Both the position numbers and the translations under genes were made by a program. A stretch of DNA of 64,000 nt from Deltaproteobacteria bacterium (GTDB lineage: Bacteria; Myxococcota_A; Polyangia; Fen-1088), in NCBI GenBank assembly GCA_033763315.1, contig JANRKS010000009.1:332789-396788 (forward strand), in the 5' to 3' direction. Shown here one piece after another: positions 37,737-48,742 of the stretch. The notes under the pieces were generated by a model that made no database searches, was not told the origin of the DNA, and worked only from the letters and a program-made list of their open reading frames with translations. Numbering within the stretch: the first letter of the stretch is position 1; each line of letters opens with the position of its first letter.

Positions 37737-38635
37737 GAGCGTACCCGCGCGCTTTGCCACGCGGCCCATCCCACTTGCGCGTTGATCCGCCAACGAGCGG
37801 TGAGCCCCCGCGTTCCCCGCGCCAAGGCCTGGTCTCCCACCCATCCAAAGGCGGAACCCGGAGACATCATCAACGGAACGGGCCACCAAGCCTTTATGTC
37901 GTTGGTGAACAGCACGGCATGCTGCGGACACAACATGCCGTACATCAAGCGCGCCTCATCCGCGCTCACCCTGCCAGGGCCGTCACCCAACAGCAGGCTG
38001 GCGTCCTCGCAGCGATTGGCCAAAAGCCGCGTCGTTTGCACGGTGAGCTCGGCCTGTGCGGGCAGATCCATAACCTCAAGTTCAGCCGGTTGACCGCCAG
38101 TGACCGTTTGCGTGGTGCCATTGCATAGCGTGACAACGACCATGCGTTCGGCTTCGATCACATCAAGTTGCTCAATGTTGTCGCTCGCCACGCGCTGCAA
38201 GCGCAGTGTGCCCACATCACCCACGTCGAGGTTCGCCGGCCCCACCGTCACCTGTGCGCGCGGAAAAAATTCTGCAGGTAAGCGCGACGCCAACACGGGC
38301 GCCAATTGAACGGCGGGGGATCCGGCGGCAAAGATGAAGAGCCGCGGGCGAAGCTGTTTGGCCATCGCCTCCAAGAATGCGCCGTGAGAGACGTAAAGTG
38401 GCAGCGCCCCGGCCGCTGCGTTTGACCACAGCAGCACTCGATCCGCTCCCGCGCCGCCCAACGCGGCGGCAATCTCATCAAGCGTGGAGGTGTCCACGCC
38501 CGGGTGTGCGACCGCCGCGTGAATGGTGGCGCCGAGGGCGCGCGCGATGAGCCGGGCCTGCGCCAACGCAAAACGCGCGCCTGGGGTGGGTTGCCGATCC
38601 TCGGCAAGCTCGGTGTAAACCACCAGATTGGCCAT
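37733..38635 (-). CDS. Highly divergent ETF alpha-subunit-like protein (FAD motifs absent)
   Basis: LVVYTE, GADRVL, LAPVLASRL N-domain; relic EDASLLLGDGPG; no GQTG or GISGAIQH motifs; ATG 38635. Confidence 0.6.
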   Translation of the reverse strand: MANLVVYTELAEDRQPTPGARFALAQARLIARALGATIHAAVAHPGVDTSTLDEIAAALGGAGADRVLLWSNAAAGALPLYVSHGAFLEAMAKQLRPRLFIFAAGSPAVQLAPVLASRLPAEFFPRAQVTVGPANLDVGDVGTLRLQRVASDNIEQLDVIEAERMVVVTLCNGTTQTVTGGQPAELEVMDLPAQAELTVQTTRLLANRCEDASLLLGDGPGRVSADEARLMYGMLCPQHAVLFTNDIKAWWPVPLMMSPGSAFGWVGDQALARGTRGLTARWRINAQVGWAAWQSARVRS

Positions 38636-38793
38636 GGGTGAGGTTTGCAGTCTAGGGGGGCGGGTTGTGGTTAAGCAAATGCAAAGAACCTTTTGCCTTT
38701 TGCCTGTTCGCGTTGGCCAGAACAGCGCGGAAACGTATACTGCGCTCGCGCTGTGGTTTGGCCACGCCACCGCCGCGAAACCCGATAGATTCA

Positions 38794-41700
38794 ATGTCGT
38801 CCCGCCCCCCAGCTCCACCGGACGCCGCATCTAGCCCGTCCGCACCCAGCGGCGCTGGCGATGCCAAGGCCATTGTTTTGCCCGTGGGCAGCGCCGAAGC
38901 GTCCGTCTCTGAGATACCCACGCGCGAGGAAAGCCCCACCGTGGTGCTGGCGCGGGACGAAGTGCACTTGTTGGTGGCCGAGGCCGAAGCCAGTGGCGAC
39001 AAAGCTTGGTCCAGCCGCGTCTTCTTTGAGGCTGCTTATCTGCAAGAGACAGCGCTTGAACAGGAAAAGGCCGCCGCCCGCACATACGCGAAGTCACTAA
39101 CGACGGATCCCACCTTCCAGCCAACGGCGTGGCGCTTGCGGCAACAGCTTTCGCGGCAAGGTTTTTGGGAGAACCTCATCCGTGTGATTGAGGCCGAGGC
39201 GCGCTTCGCCAGCAACACGCGATCACAAGATCGGTCGGATTTGCTGCTGGAAAAAGCTTTGCATCAGTGGCATCGGTCGCCACGTCCCGAACTGCCGCGT
39301 GACAGTTTTACAGAGGCGGTGCAAGCGGATCCCAGGAACCGCGCCGCGCTGATGGGTTCGTTGTTGCACGCGCTTGGCGGCGGTCACCTTACGGAAGTCG
39401 AACGTGCCTTCGAGGGCCTGCTGGAAAGCGCCACATCGGCCACAGACACGGCGGCCTGGACGGCCGCTTTGGCCACCTGGCTGTTAACTTCGCAAGCCGC
39501 CAACAGCGATCCTCTGGCCCGTGCTTCGCGCGCGGTAGACGTGCTGCTGCGTGCGTTGGCTTCCGGCGTGCGCGAGCCAACGTTGTTGGCGGCACTCGAT
39601 CGCTTTTCATTGGCCGCCGGCGACGAACGCCTACGCTTAGCCGCGTTGCAAGCGTGGGACGACGCCGCACCGGCGGCGCGATCCGCTCACATGGATGCCG
39701 CGCGCTTGGTTGCGTTGCGCGAAAGGGCGCGTCGCCTGGCGGCGCAAGGTGATCTTGTGGGTGCCGCGCAAGCGCTTGACCGCGCGCTTTTGCTCGAGCC
39801 TGAGCACCCCGTGGTCGCCGCCGATCGTTTAGATTTAGCCGTTCTTGCCGGACGCGTGAACGTCTTCGATGCGTGGCCAGGATTCAATGACGATCCTGCC
39901 GTGCAAGCCGAACTTTTGTTTCGCCGCGCGGATATGGCGGTTCGGCAGGGCGCGTGGGGAGAAGCGATGGGCGCCTTGGGGCAAGTGTCGCCGCACGCCG
40001 ATTTGGATGACCTGTGCTTTGCCGAGCGGTTGCGCACGTTGGCAGGCTTGCAAGACGCGCACGGCATGGCGCAAGCCTATGAAGCGCATGCCGATGGTTT
40101 GCTCGCGCGTGTGCCCGCACACGACAACGAAAAGAAGGCGTTGCACGAAGTGGCTCACCAGTACGTGCGCGCCGGCGTGCTGTGGGAGGCCGAGTTGGCC
40201 GACAGCGAGCGCGCCGAGACGCTTTACAGCCAAGCCTTGGCGATGGTGCCTTCATACCGGCCCGCGCTTGAGGGCTTGGCCTCCGTGTTCACGCGCGAAG
40301 GCCGCTGGGAGAGCCTGGTCGATCTTGTAGCCAGCGACGCAGCCGCGGCTTCGAATTCGACGCGCGCTTCAGCGCTGCGTGAGTCGTTGGTTTTGCTGAA
40401 CCGCGATTTGCTCTTCGATTGGCAAGCCGCGATGGCGGCGCAGACGGCGCTGCTGCGTGACCACGAGGACGCACGCGGCCTGTTTCGCTGGCTTGATCTT
40501 GCGGCCTTGCTTTCGCAGAAGGATCCTTCGGCGTTGTCTGATGCGTTGGCGGCTGTGTCGCGCTTGAGACAAAACGCGCGTACAGGCACAGGACGTGCGG
40601 CGTTGTCTCTTTTGGGCGCGCGGCTCGTGATGGGCACGTCACGCGACGCCGAAGTTGATGCGCTTTTAGACCGCGCGCTGGCTGACGATCCGCTTTCGTT
40701 GTCAGCGGCTTTCATAGAACGGCGCTCGCGTGGGGAACCAACGCGGGTGCGTATGGCGTTGCAGAAGGAGCTCGATGCCCACGCGCGCGCAGCTGCCACA
40801 GCTGATGCTGCGGCTGTCGATCGTGTGCGTGCCCTGCGTTTTCGTCAGGCCTTTGTCTCGCTGGAAGCGGGGCAGGCGGCGGACGCGCTGTCAGCACTTG
40901 AGCCGCTCGTGCGAGCAGGCGATGTGTTCGCGTTTGCTTGGCAAGTTGATATTGTCCGCCGCTTGCGCGATCCCGCGCTGCTGCGCCGGTTGTTGTTGAC
41001 ACCGCACGCAGGTCCCGAAGACGCTTGGTCGCAAGCGCAAGCCGCTCACGAGCGCGCTGAGCTTACTCTCCTGCTCGCGCAGTGTTGGGAATCACTCGGA
41101 CGCCGATCCGACGCAGCAGAGACGTTTGCGCAAGCTGCCGCCCTTGCCGAACAAGATGCGTCCGGGGACTTTGCCGTACGAAGCCACTTGGGATGCCTCC
41201 GCAGCGCTGCGGCGGAAACCAACATCGCGGTGACCGTGGCGTCGCTGCAAGCTTTGTCGGACCTCTTCAGTGGCGACCTTGCCGCCAGCTTCGCGCAAGA
41301 GGCCCAGCATATCTTGCTGGCCACGGGCGGTGCCATAAGCCCGGCCGCGGTTGTGCCGGGTGACGTGAGCCTATCGTGGTTGGCTGCGGCGCGCGGCGAT
41401 GACGGGCGGCGGTTTTGGGCGTGTTTGCAGCAAGTGGCGGAGGAATCCGAGCCGAGCGCAGCGCGCGCGGCATTGTGGCTGCATTTGGCGCTTGACGCTG
41501 CCATCAATGGATACGGCGATGCGGAACATGCTTTCGCTTCGTCCTACGAAACGGTCGCCACGCCCGCCGTTGAGGTGGCTGTCGCGGATCTACCCGGCAT
41601 GACCGTGCCGGTGGCGTTCGTCGAACAGCTTTCATCAGCTCGACTGGCTCGCTTGACGGACGCGGCTCGCGCAGGCGACGAAGCGAGTGCGGCGCTGGCG

Positions 41701-43698
41701 TCATTGGTGGCGCTCGAAAGCGCGCACGCGGCGGAAACGGATGGGCGCCTTGGCGCTGCTGCGGCCACATACGCGCTCGTGCTTGAGCTGCGACCCGATT
41801 CACTTGAAGCGCTTGAGGGCTTGCGCCGGTTGGCGCAACTGGCGGGCGCCCGGGCACACGAAGCGTGCTTGCTTGAACGCATTGGGGATTCATTAACCAG
41901 CGCCACGGCTGCGGCCGCTCACTACGCCGAAGCTGCGTTGCTCGCTGAGGCCGACGGTGAAAACGACGTGGCCGTTCGCCTGTTCTACAAGGTGCTGACA
42001 CGCGCACCCAGCGATGACGAAGCATTCGAGCGGTTGTTGGCCCTGCAACGCTCGGCCGAGGCGTGGCCCCACGTGGAAAACCTGCTTGGTTTTAAACTCA
42101 CGCAACTTGGGCACAACCCCAAACGCTGTCTGCCTTTGTGGCTTGAGCGGGCCCGGCTTCGCTACGCTCATTTGAACAAAGTAGAGGCAGCGCTTTTAGA
42201 TTGGCGACGAGCGTTGGCCGTCGATGAGGACCTCTTTGAGGCGCAATGGCGGTTGGCGCAGGCCGCGCGCGAACAGGGCGCGATCCCCGCCGCGCGCGCG
42301 CGTTTTTTGTTCGCGTCGCGGTGCCGATGCGACGAGCCCGTCATGCTCGTCGAATGCCTGATTGAACTTGCCGAAGTCTGCCGCGGGCAAGGTGATAGCG
42401 CTGCCGCGAGGGCGGCGCTGAACCGCGTGCCGGAGGTGCTCGAACACGTCACGGAGCCTGCGCTGCAGCGGTTGGTGCCTCTGTGCGTGGCACTTGGCCT
42501 TGCGCCGCTGGCCGAACTTGCCTTGCGCAAAATCGCGGATCAGCACGCGGGGAGCACGCGCGCAGGCTTTTTGTTGCAAGCGGCCCGGGTGCTTCGTGAC
42601 GCGAATCAGTGGGATTCGGCTGCGCGCGCCGCGGGTCACGCCATCGCGGCGGACCCGTATGGCGATGCCATCATCGACTTTCTCGATTTCCCGGCGTCAG
42701 TTCGCGAAAGCGCCCCCTTCGATGTCGCGCAGGCGTTAAACGAAGTTCTCGCGGACGTCTGTGGTGAGGGGATGTTTGTGTTGCCCAAAGTGGCGCTGCT
42801 CGATGCGTACGCGAACGTTGCGGGCCAAACGTGGCGCCAGAACGTGGTGGCTCAATTGTTGTTCTTGCTGGGCCAAGGCAACGCCCGCGGTGTGGCGCAC
42901 ACCATTTCAGGCAGCATCGACACAGATACGTTGTTTGCGTTGGGCGCGCACGAAGAGTTGCCGGCCGTTGTTTCTTCCATCCAGGCTTCGTGGCCCGTCT
43001 TGGCGCCCGCCGTTCACAAGGTTTGGTCCAGTGCGACCAATGCACCTGCTGGTGTGCGTTCCCAACGGATGCAGGCGGCCGAGGAGCCCCGCCTCGATTG
43101 GTTCTTGGCAGCAGCGCGCACCCTTGGCCTTGATGACGTGGCCACCTTTGCCACGCCTGCAGAAACCCCGGTGGCAATCTTGTCCACGCCCACCAACGCC
43201 GTCGCGTTGGCGCCGAGTGTGTTGGGCGGCGATGCTGGCAGCCGGTTTCGCGCGGCTCGTGCGTTGGCGTTGCTGAAGTTGGGCGTGCCCTTCTTGTTGG
43301 CGTCAACCGATGTGCAGCCCACGGTGCCTTGGGCTGTGGCTGCGCTGCGCGTGGTTGCGTCTGGGGGCGTGGCCGCTGGCGACACGGAGCTTGAACAGAA
43401 GCTTGCGAAGGCGATATCCAAAAAAGCGATCAAGGCTGCCTCTTTGGGGAACCTCTCGTTGGCGACTCCATCTGACGTGACACAGTGGCTTGCACAATGC
43501 CAACGGGCGGCGATCAGGTTCGCCTTGGCCGTGGCGGGCGACCTTCCTGAAGCCACATACGCGCTGGTGGGCTCACGAAAGCTGGAAAACGTGCAAGCCG
43601 ATGACAACGCGCGGGCGCTGATTGCGTTTGCGCTTTCGCAGGCGCACCAAGATTTGCGGCAACGCCTTGGCCTTCAAAATGGGGGACCGCGTGGCTAA
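38794..43698 (+). CDS. Giant TPR-repeat protein (~1630 aa)
   Basis: Many TPR-like helices (YSQALAMVPSYRPALEGL, VLELRPDSLEALEGL); C-terminal R.AL...GDL...FALS...LR.RLG domain; ATG 38794. Confidence 0.8.
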   Translation: MSSRPPAPPDAASSPSAPSGAGDAKAIVLPVGSAEASVSEIPTREESPTVVLARDEVHLLVAEAEASGDKAWSSRVFFEAAYLQETALEQEKAAARTYAKSLTTDPTFQPTAWRLRQQLSRQGFWENLIRVIEAEARFASNTRSQDRSDLLLEKALHQWHRSPRPELPRDSFTEAVQADPRNRAALMGSLLHALGGGHLTEVERAFEGLLESATSATDTAAWTAALATWLLTSQAANSDPLARASRAVDVLLRALASGVREPTLLAALDRFSLAAGDERLRLAALQAWDDAAPAARSAHMDAARLVALRERARRLAAQGDLVGAAQALDRALLLEPEHPVVAADRLDLAVLAGRVNVFDAWPGFNDDPAVQAELLFRRADMAVRQGAWGEAMGALGQVSPHADLDDLCFAERLRTLAGLQDAHGMAQAYEAHADGLLARVPAHDNEKKALHEVAHQYVRAGVLWEAELADSERAETLYSQALAMVPSYRPALEGLASVFTREGRWESLVDLVASDAAAASNSTRASALRESLVLLNRDLLFDWQAAMAAQTALLRDHEDARGLFRWLDLAALLSQKDPSALSDALAAVSRLRQNARTGTGRAALSLLGARLVMGTSRDAEVDALLDRALADDPLSLSAAFIERRSRGEPTRVRMALQKELDAHARAAATADAAAVDRVRALRFRQAFVSLEAGQAADALSALEPLVRAGDVFAFAWQVDIVRRLRDPALLRRLLLTPHAGPEDAWSQAQAAHERAELTLLLAQCWESLGRRSDAAETFAQAAALAEQDASGDFAVRSHLGCLRSAAAETNIAVTVASLQALSDLFSGDLAASFAQEAQHILLATGGAISPAAVVPGDVSLSWLAAARGDDGRRFWACLQQVAEESEPSAARAALWLHLALDAAINGYGDAEHAFASSYETVATPAVEVAVADLPGMTVPVAFVEQLSSARLARLTDAARAGDEASAALASLVALESAHAAETDGRLGAAAATYALVLELRPDSLEALEGLRRLAQLAGARAHEACLLERIGDSLTSATAAAAHYAEAALLAEADGENDVAVRLFYKVLTRAPSDDEAFERLLALQRSAEAWPHVENLLGFKLTQLGHNPKRCLPLWLERARLRYAHLNKVEAALLDWRRALAVDEDLFEAQWRLAQAAREQGAIPAARARFLFASRCRCDEPVMLVECLIELAEVCRGQGDSAAARAALNRVPEVLEHVTEPALQRLVPLCVALGLAPLAELALRKIADQHAGSTRAGFLLQAARVLRDANQWDSAARAAGHAIAADPYGDAIIDFLDFPASVRESAPFDVAQALNEVLADVCGEGMFVLPKVALLDAYANVAGQTWRQNVVAQLLFLLGQGNARGVAHTISGSIDTDTLFALGAHEELPAVVSSIQASWPVLAPAVHKVWSSATNAPAGVRSQRMQAAEEPRLDWFLAAARTLGLDDVATFATPAETPVAILSTPTNAVALAPSVLGGDAGSRFRAARALALLKLGVPFLLASTDVQPTVPWAVAALRVVASGGVAAGDTELEQKLAKAISKKAIKAASLGNLSLATPSDVTQWLAQCQRAAIRFALAVAGDLPEATYALVGSRKLENVQADDNARALIAFALSQAHQDLRQRLGLQNGGPRG

Positions 43699-46600
43699 GA
43701 AAAATCCCCCCGCAACGTCGTCTGCCGCGGCACCACCTGAGGCCTTACCCAACCTTGCAGATTGGGAGCAAGCGATTGATACATGGGACGCGTCGATTGG
43801 TGGACTTGAAGATCTGGCTGAGCCGACGGCCGGCGACCCCGTTGCGGTGAAGCGCAACGAAACGGCGGCACCGTTGGGCGTTGACGCCCCGAGTTTGGGC
43901 AACGTTCCCGATGTTGCCACAAATGCGAGCCACAGTGACGTTGTGCTGATCCCCGATGTGGCTGCTTTGTCGGCGGCACAAGCGGCACCCGCAGCGCCAC
44001 CGCCGGTCCTCGTCGACAATCACGAAGTCAGCACTAAAGATGTGGACGCTGAACCGTCAGTCACACAGACGAGCGCTGACCTCACCGAGCCGCTTGTGCA
44101 CCTCACGGTGTCGCCGGAAGAAGTGCTGTTGGCTGAGGACGTCGTGCTGGAGGATGATTTCGATCCATTCAACACGCCGGTTGCGCCCGACGAAGACATC
44201 GCCTTACAGCCGCCGCCGTTCGTCGAGACGCGGCGCCTTGATGGGTTCGTGGGCGATGTAGATTGGCCGTCCGTGGCGGCTCCCGCCACCGGCCCCACAA
44301 CCGCGTACAAAGAAGAGCGCCTCGCGCTGTTGGCCGATGAGCTTGAGGCACGACAAGCGGAGGGCGCCGCACCACAGGCGATGGCTTGGGTGGCTGTTGA
44401 GGCCGCGCGTGCCGCGCACATGGCACAATCTTCGGAATTGATGGCGCGCTTGATCGAGCGGGCGTGCACGCTGGATCCACACGCCGTGGCGCCGCGCCGA
44501 GAACGCTTGCGGTTGCACGTGTCGTCGCCTTCGCCCGAAACAGCGTATGCCGCTGAGCTGCTGCCATTGGTCACAGACGTTAGCGAGCGTGCGGGCGCGG
44601 AGCGGCAAGCGTATGCGGATATATGTGGCACATTGCGCGCGCTTGCCGGTCACCGTGGCGTGCAACGCAATGACGATCTCGATCCAGGCTTAGCGTTGCG
44701 CGCGGCCCGCGCCTACTTGGCTTCGGACGATGTGGTTCGCGCTTCGGATGCCATTGCCAGCGCGGGCCGTGCACTGGGTGGGCGCGTGGGGGCCCAGTTG
44801 CTTTTCGTAGGGGCGCGGCTTCTTGAGACACGCTCCACCGGCGACCGTGGCGTGGCGTTGCGCGAACAAGCGCGTGCGCTTGGGCCTGCGGCGCCCGGCA
44901 ACTTGATGGCCACTTTGCGTTTGGCCGGCGCCTTCTCGGCGAGCGACACTTTGGCTGCCTTGCAACGTTGTTTGGCTGAACTTACCGATGACAAGCTCAA
45001 GTCCGCTTTAGGGCGTTGGGCCGCGAGCTTGGCCGAATCGCTTGGCAACACCGCGCTGGCTGCCGAGCTTTTGGTTGCGGTGGTGGACGGCAAACCGCTT
45101 GTGCAGTTGCGTGTGTCAGAACGCATCTCGCTTTTGCCGTTGCACATCACGGATGTGATCGACAATCCGGAAGGGTGGGCGGAAGGGCTGGAGCCTCAGG
45201 ATTGTGCGTTGTTGATGGCTGCGGCCGCTGAGACCGCCTTGCGAATCGCTCGCCCCCACGACGCTGTCGCTTTGCTGCGGTTTGGCCTGGAGGCCGCGCC
45301 CCGGGCGGTGTTCCCAGCGATGCTCGCCGAGCGGCTTTGCCACTCTGTATCGGATGACAGCGTAAAGATGCAAGCCTTGGCCCTGTGGGCCGAAGGCGAC
45401 CCGGCGCGCACAGGCTTTGCCTTGCTGCAACGGTGCGCAGAGCTTGCGCACTCACCTGACTCTGACCTGCGCCACAACGAACTTCTTAAAGAGCAGACCG
45501 TGGCTTGTGAGGCTTTGCCTACGGACGCGGCGTTCTTGCCGTTCGCATGGCACGAGCTCACACAGCGGCGTTTCGCCGAGGCCGCCTCCCTGCTCGAACA
45601 CGGCGCCGCTCGTTTTGAGGCGATGGGTGAACTTGAGCTCGCAACGTTGCTGCGTGAACGCGCCGAAGACGCCAACGTGGCGCAACTGCCCACGCGCGCC
45701 GTGGTACGTGCCATGGCGCGTTCATCCACCATGGAAGAAACGCTTGATCACCCTCGTGTGCTGGCGCTGGCGCCGCTTGAGCACGCCGGTGAACCCGCGG
45801 CCGTTGCATCGGTCTACCGGGCCGCCGCTATGGCTTCACGGACGGTTGGCCTGCGGGTCATTGAAGCGTCTGTGTGGATGAAGACCGCTGGCCAGCGCCG
45901 CGAAGCCATTCAATTTCTGCAGCCGCGTTGGGGGCAAGACAAACCCTCACCCACGTTGAGCTTGCTGCTGCGTGTGCTTACAAACACGTTCGATGATCCC
46001 GAATCCGCCGCCAGTGTGTTTGAACGCTTGGCTGCGTTCGCCGACACCAACGATCACCGTTCTTTCTGGTTGTTCCGCCGTGCGGAAGCGCTAGCAGGGG
46101 CAGGGCGTTTTGCACCTGCCGCAACGGCGCTTGGCGAAGTGGGGCCGGGCCCGCTTCAGGCCGAGGCGCTCGTTGCGTATCGGCGCACGCTGTGGTCCGC
46201 CCGTGCATTTGCGGCGCTTGATGCTCTTTTGCGCGACGAAGCCGATGGCTACCTGGGCGTGGGCCAAACAGATAAAGCGAGCCACGTGCTGGTCGAACGC
46301 GCCTTCGTGCGCGCCGAGGGGCTGCATGATCTTGAGGGCGCGTTGGCGCTCTTTCAAGAAGCGCTGGCGCTCGAACCGTCTGCCGTATCCGTGCCTGCAC
46401 TCGTGATGGCGGCCATGCAAAACAATGTGCTCATGGTGCAGCAGTGTTTGTCTGCCTTGGCCGCCTCCGGCGACGGGGACGCAGCCTTGCTTCGCCTCCT
46501 GTTTGCTGAGGCACGAAACGATTGGGCCGCCGCCTCTTCATGTTTGCTGCAAGCGCGTGACTTGGATCCACAACGTCTCACCCTCATCGCTCGCCAGTTT

Positions 46601-48703
46601 GGCCCAGGCTTATCGAGTGAAGGATGGCTAGGTTTGGTGCAGGCGTTGTCATCGCGTGTGGACGGTGATCCTCGCTCCGTGCAGGCCTTGCGGGTGCGTG
46701 CCGCCGAAGCCTTGGCACGCGAAGGCGATCTGGCTGCAGCTCAAACGCAACTCACTACGGTTGTGCAAACCGAGCCCACCAACTTTGCGGCCTTGCGCCT
46801 ACAAACGCGCGTGGCGAAAGCCGCAGGGGACACCGCCCATGGCCTGTCATCCCTGATTGCGGCGGCGCAGGCGTCGTCGGTGCCCTCACATCAAGCGCAG
46901 TTTTATCTTGAAGCCGTGCACCTCGCGGGCAAAAGCGACGTGCGTATAGAGGCGTGGCTGCGGCAAGCCTTGGCGTCTGAGCCCGCCAATGAAACCGCGT
47001 TTTCGGAACTGCGCGCCTTGTTGGCCGACCGTGAAGATATCGTCGGGCAGGCTGAGCTCATACGCGTGCGTCAGCAGTCGCCCTTGCGCCTAGAAGAAGC
47101 CAAAACCTTGCATCTTGAGCGTGCCTCGCTGTTGGTGCGCAGCGGTGACAAAGCGGCCGCCAAGACCGAGCTGCGTGCGCTGTTGTCACGCGATCCCAAC
47201 GATGCCGTGGCCCTGCGTGAGCTTGTAGAGCTTGAATACCAAGACGGCGCCTATTCGATCGCCGCCGAGATCTATTTGCGTTTGGCGCGCTTCGAAAATG
47301 CGCCCGAAAATCAGATCGAGATCTTCCGTCGTTTGGGCCGCATCTACCACCGGCGGCTCTCAGATCCCAAGCTTGCGGCCGGGGCTTTCGAACGCGTCGT
47401 AAAGCTGGCACCGAACGATCTCGATGCGCTGTCAGGTTTGTCTGACATCTACACCAAGCAAAATGATTTGCCGCGCGCCATCGCTGCCACGGAACGAGCT
47501 GTGGCGGTGGAGCCCGACGAAAAACGCCGCCTTAGCTTGTTGTTGCGCTTGGCTTCGCTTCACGAAAAGAACGGCAACGCGCGTGTGGCGGGCAACCTGT
47601 TGCGCCGCGCGCACGATCAAGCGCCACGCAGCTTGCAGGCGATCGGTGAACTTGCGCGTTACCTCGAACGCCACAAGGACACACAAGGCAGGCGCGTGCT
47701 GCTCGACACTTCGCTCGGCCGCCTGCACGAAGATTTGCGCCGCTTTCCTGGCGATCTATCAGCGTTGCGCGCCATCGTGCCTGTTCTGCGGTGGTGTTCG
47801 CGCGCGGCGGGTTCGGCGGCCTCCGCGCAACTGCTGGCGGCGCTCAGTGACGATCCGGTCGAACGGCGTGAGCTGCAGGCGTGGTCGGCGCCCGACGCGA
47901 AGGGCCGCCGACTCACACCTTTGGTCAACCCCGAGGTCGACGAGATGTCGTACCCCAGTTTGTTGCCACCCGGCATCCGCCAAGTCATGCGTGTGCTTGG
48001 ACCATCGCTGTCGAAGGCCAGCCGCCCCGATCTGCGCAGCTATGGCGTCACGCGTGCCGAACGCATCGGCGTGGCCGAGGGCCCGCGCGCCATCGTCGAC
48101 GCTTTGGCCGTGGATCTCGGCGTGCGCGGCTTCGAGGTTTTTGTGACCACGGACGTACCTCACGCACTGCTGGTCGAGCCGGGCGATCCGCCAGCCATTG
48201 TGCTTGGCTCTGAACTCGTCAAGCGAGGTCCGACGGCCGTTCGTTTCGCCGCGGGTTACACCCTGCGGTTGGTGGCCACGCACTTTGATCTGCTGGCGTC
48301 GAGCAACCCGGGACCCAAGGTGTTGCTTACGGCCTTGGTGCGCCAATTCTTGAACGTACCCCCAGATGACTCTGTGGACGAAGCGGCTGTGCAGCGGGCG
48401 TTGCCCCGGCTGCTGAAGGCATTGGGGCGCTCGCAGCGTGCTGAGCTGCGACCATTCGTCGCCGAAATCGCCAGCCCGGATAGCCTCGCCCATGTCGGCA
48501 ACAGCGTGCTTGAAACCGCGGCGCGCGTGGGCTTGCTGGCGTGTGGTGATCTCGCCACGTCTATCCAAGTGTTATTGGCCGCGGCCGGACAGCCATTGTC
48601 GCCCACCAATTTGGCGGCCTCGCCGGTCGCCGCAGGCCTGTTCGAGTTCGCGTTGTCCGCCGACTACGAGTTGCTGGTGCGCGCCATCGAGTCTGTTTCG
48701 TAA
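43691..48703 (+). CDS. Giant TPR-repeat protein (~1670 aa) with acidic N-terminal region
   Basis: GTG 43691 overlaps the previous stop; TPRs (LLSRDPNDAVAL, VVKLAPNDLDAL); C-terminal RVGLLACGDL...FALSADY domain. Confidence 0.8.
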   Translation: MAKKNPPATSSAAAPPEALPNLADWEQAIDTWDASIGGLEDLAEPTAGDPVAVKRNETAAPLGVDAPSLGNVPDVATNASHSDVVLIPDVAALSAAQAAPAAPPPVLVDNHEVSTKDVDAEPSVTQTSADLTEPLVHLTVSPEEVLLAEDVVLEDDFDPFNTPVAPDEDIALQPPPFVETRRLDGFVGDVDWPSVAAPATGPTTAYKEERLALLADELEARQAEGAAPQAMAWVAVEAARAAHMAQSSELMARLIERACTLDPHAVAPRRERLRLHVSSPSPETAYAAELLPLVTDVSERAGAERQAYADICGTLRALAGHRGVQRNDDLDPGLALRAARAYLASDDVVRASDAIASAGRALGGRVGAQLLFVGARLLETRSTGDRGVALREQARALGPAAPGNLMATLRLAGAFSASDTLAALQRCLAELTDDKLKSALGRWAASLAESLGNTALAAELLVAVVDGKPLVQLRVSERISLLPLHITDVIDNPEGWAEGLEPQDCALLMAAAAETALRIARPHDAVALLRFGLEAAPRAVFPAMLAERLCHSVSDDSVKMQALALWAEGDPARTGFALLQRCAELAHSPDSDLRHNELLKEQTVACEALPTDAAFLPFAWHELTQRRFAEAASLLEHGAARFEAMGELELATLLRERAEDANVAQLPTRAVVRAMARSSTMEETLDHPRVLALAPLEHAGEPAAVASVYRAAAMASRTVGLRVIEASVWMKTAGQRREAIQFLQPRWGQDKPSPTLSLLLRVLTNTFDDPESAASVFERLAAFADTNDHRSFWLFRRAEALAGAGRFAPAATALGEVGPGPLQAEALVAYRRTLWSARAFAALDALLRDEADGYLGVGQTDKASHVLVERAFVRAEGLHDLEGALALFQEALALEPSAVSVPALVMAAMQNNVLMVQQCLSALAASGDGDAALLRLLFAEARNDWAAASSCLLQARDLDPQRLTLIARQFGPGLSSEGWLGLVQALSSRVDGDPRSVQALRVRAAEALAREGDLAAAQTQLTTVVQTEPTNFAALRLQTRVAKAAGDTAHGLSSLIAAAQASSVPSHQAQFYLEAVHLAGKSDVRIEAWLRQALASEPANETAFSELRALLADREDIVGQAELIRVRQQSPLRLEEAKTLHLERASLLVRSGDKAAAKTELRALLSRDPNDAVALRELVELEYQDGAYSIAAEIYLRLARFENAPENQIEIFRRLGRIYHRRLSDPKLAAGAFERVVKLAPNDLDALSGLSDIYTKQNDLPRAIAATERAVAVEPDEKRRLSLLLRLASLHEKNGNARVAGNLLRRAHDQAPRSLQAIGELARYLERHKDTQGRRVLLDTSLGRLHEDLRRFPGDLSALRAIVPVLRWCSRAAGSAASAQLLAALSDDPVERRELQAWSAPDAKGRRLTPLVNPEVDEMSYPSLLPPGIRQVMRVLGPSLSKASRPDLRSYGVTRAERIGVAEGPRAIVDALAVDLGVRGFEVFVTTDVPHALLVEPGDPPAIVLGSELVKRGPTAVRFAAGYTLRLVATHFDLLASSNPGPKVLLTALVRQFLNVPPDDSVDEAAVQRALPRLLKALGRSQRAELRPFVAEIASPDSLAHVGNSVLETAARVGLLACGDLATSIQVLLAAAGQPLSPTNLAASPVAAGLFEFALSADYELLVRAIESVS

Positions 48704-48742
48704 GGTGCCGCGCCAGCTGTGGGCGTGTTACAGTGGGTCGCA

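Noticed and set aside
38665-48703. NLR/STAND or CHAT-type defence proteins as the identity of the giant TPR ORFs
   Set aside because: No Walker A/B, CHAT dyad or nuclease motif seen
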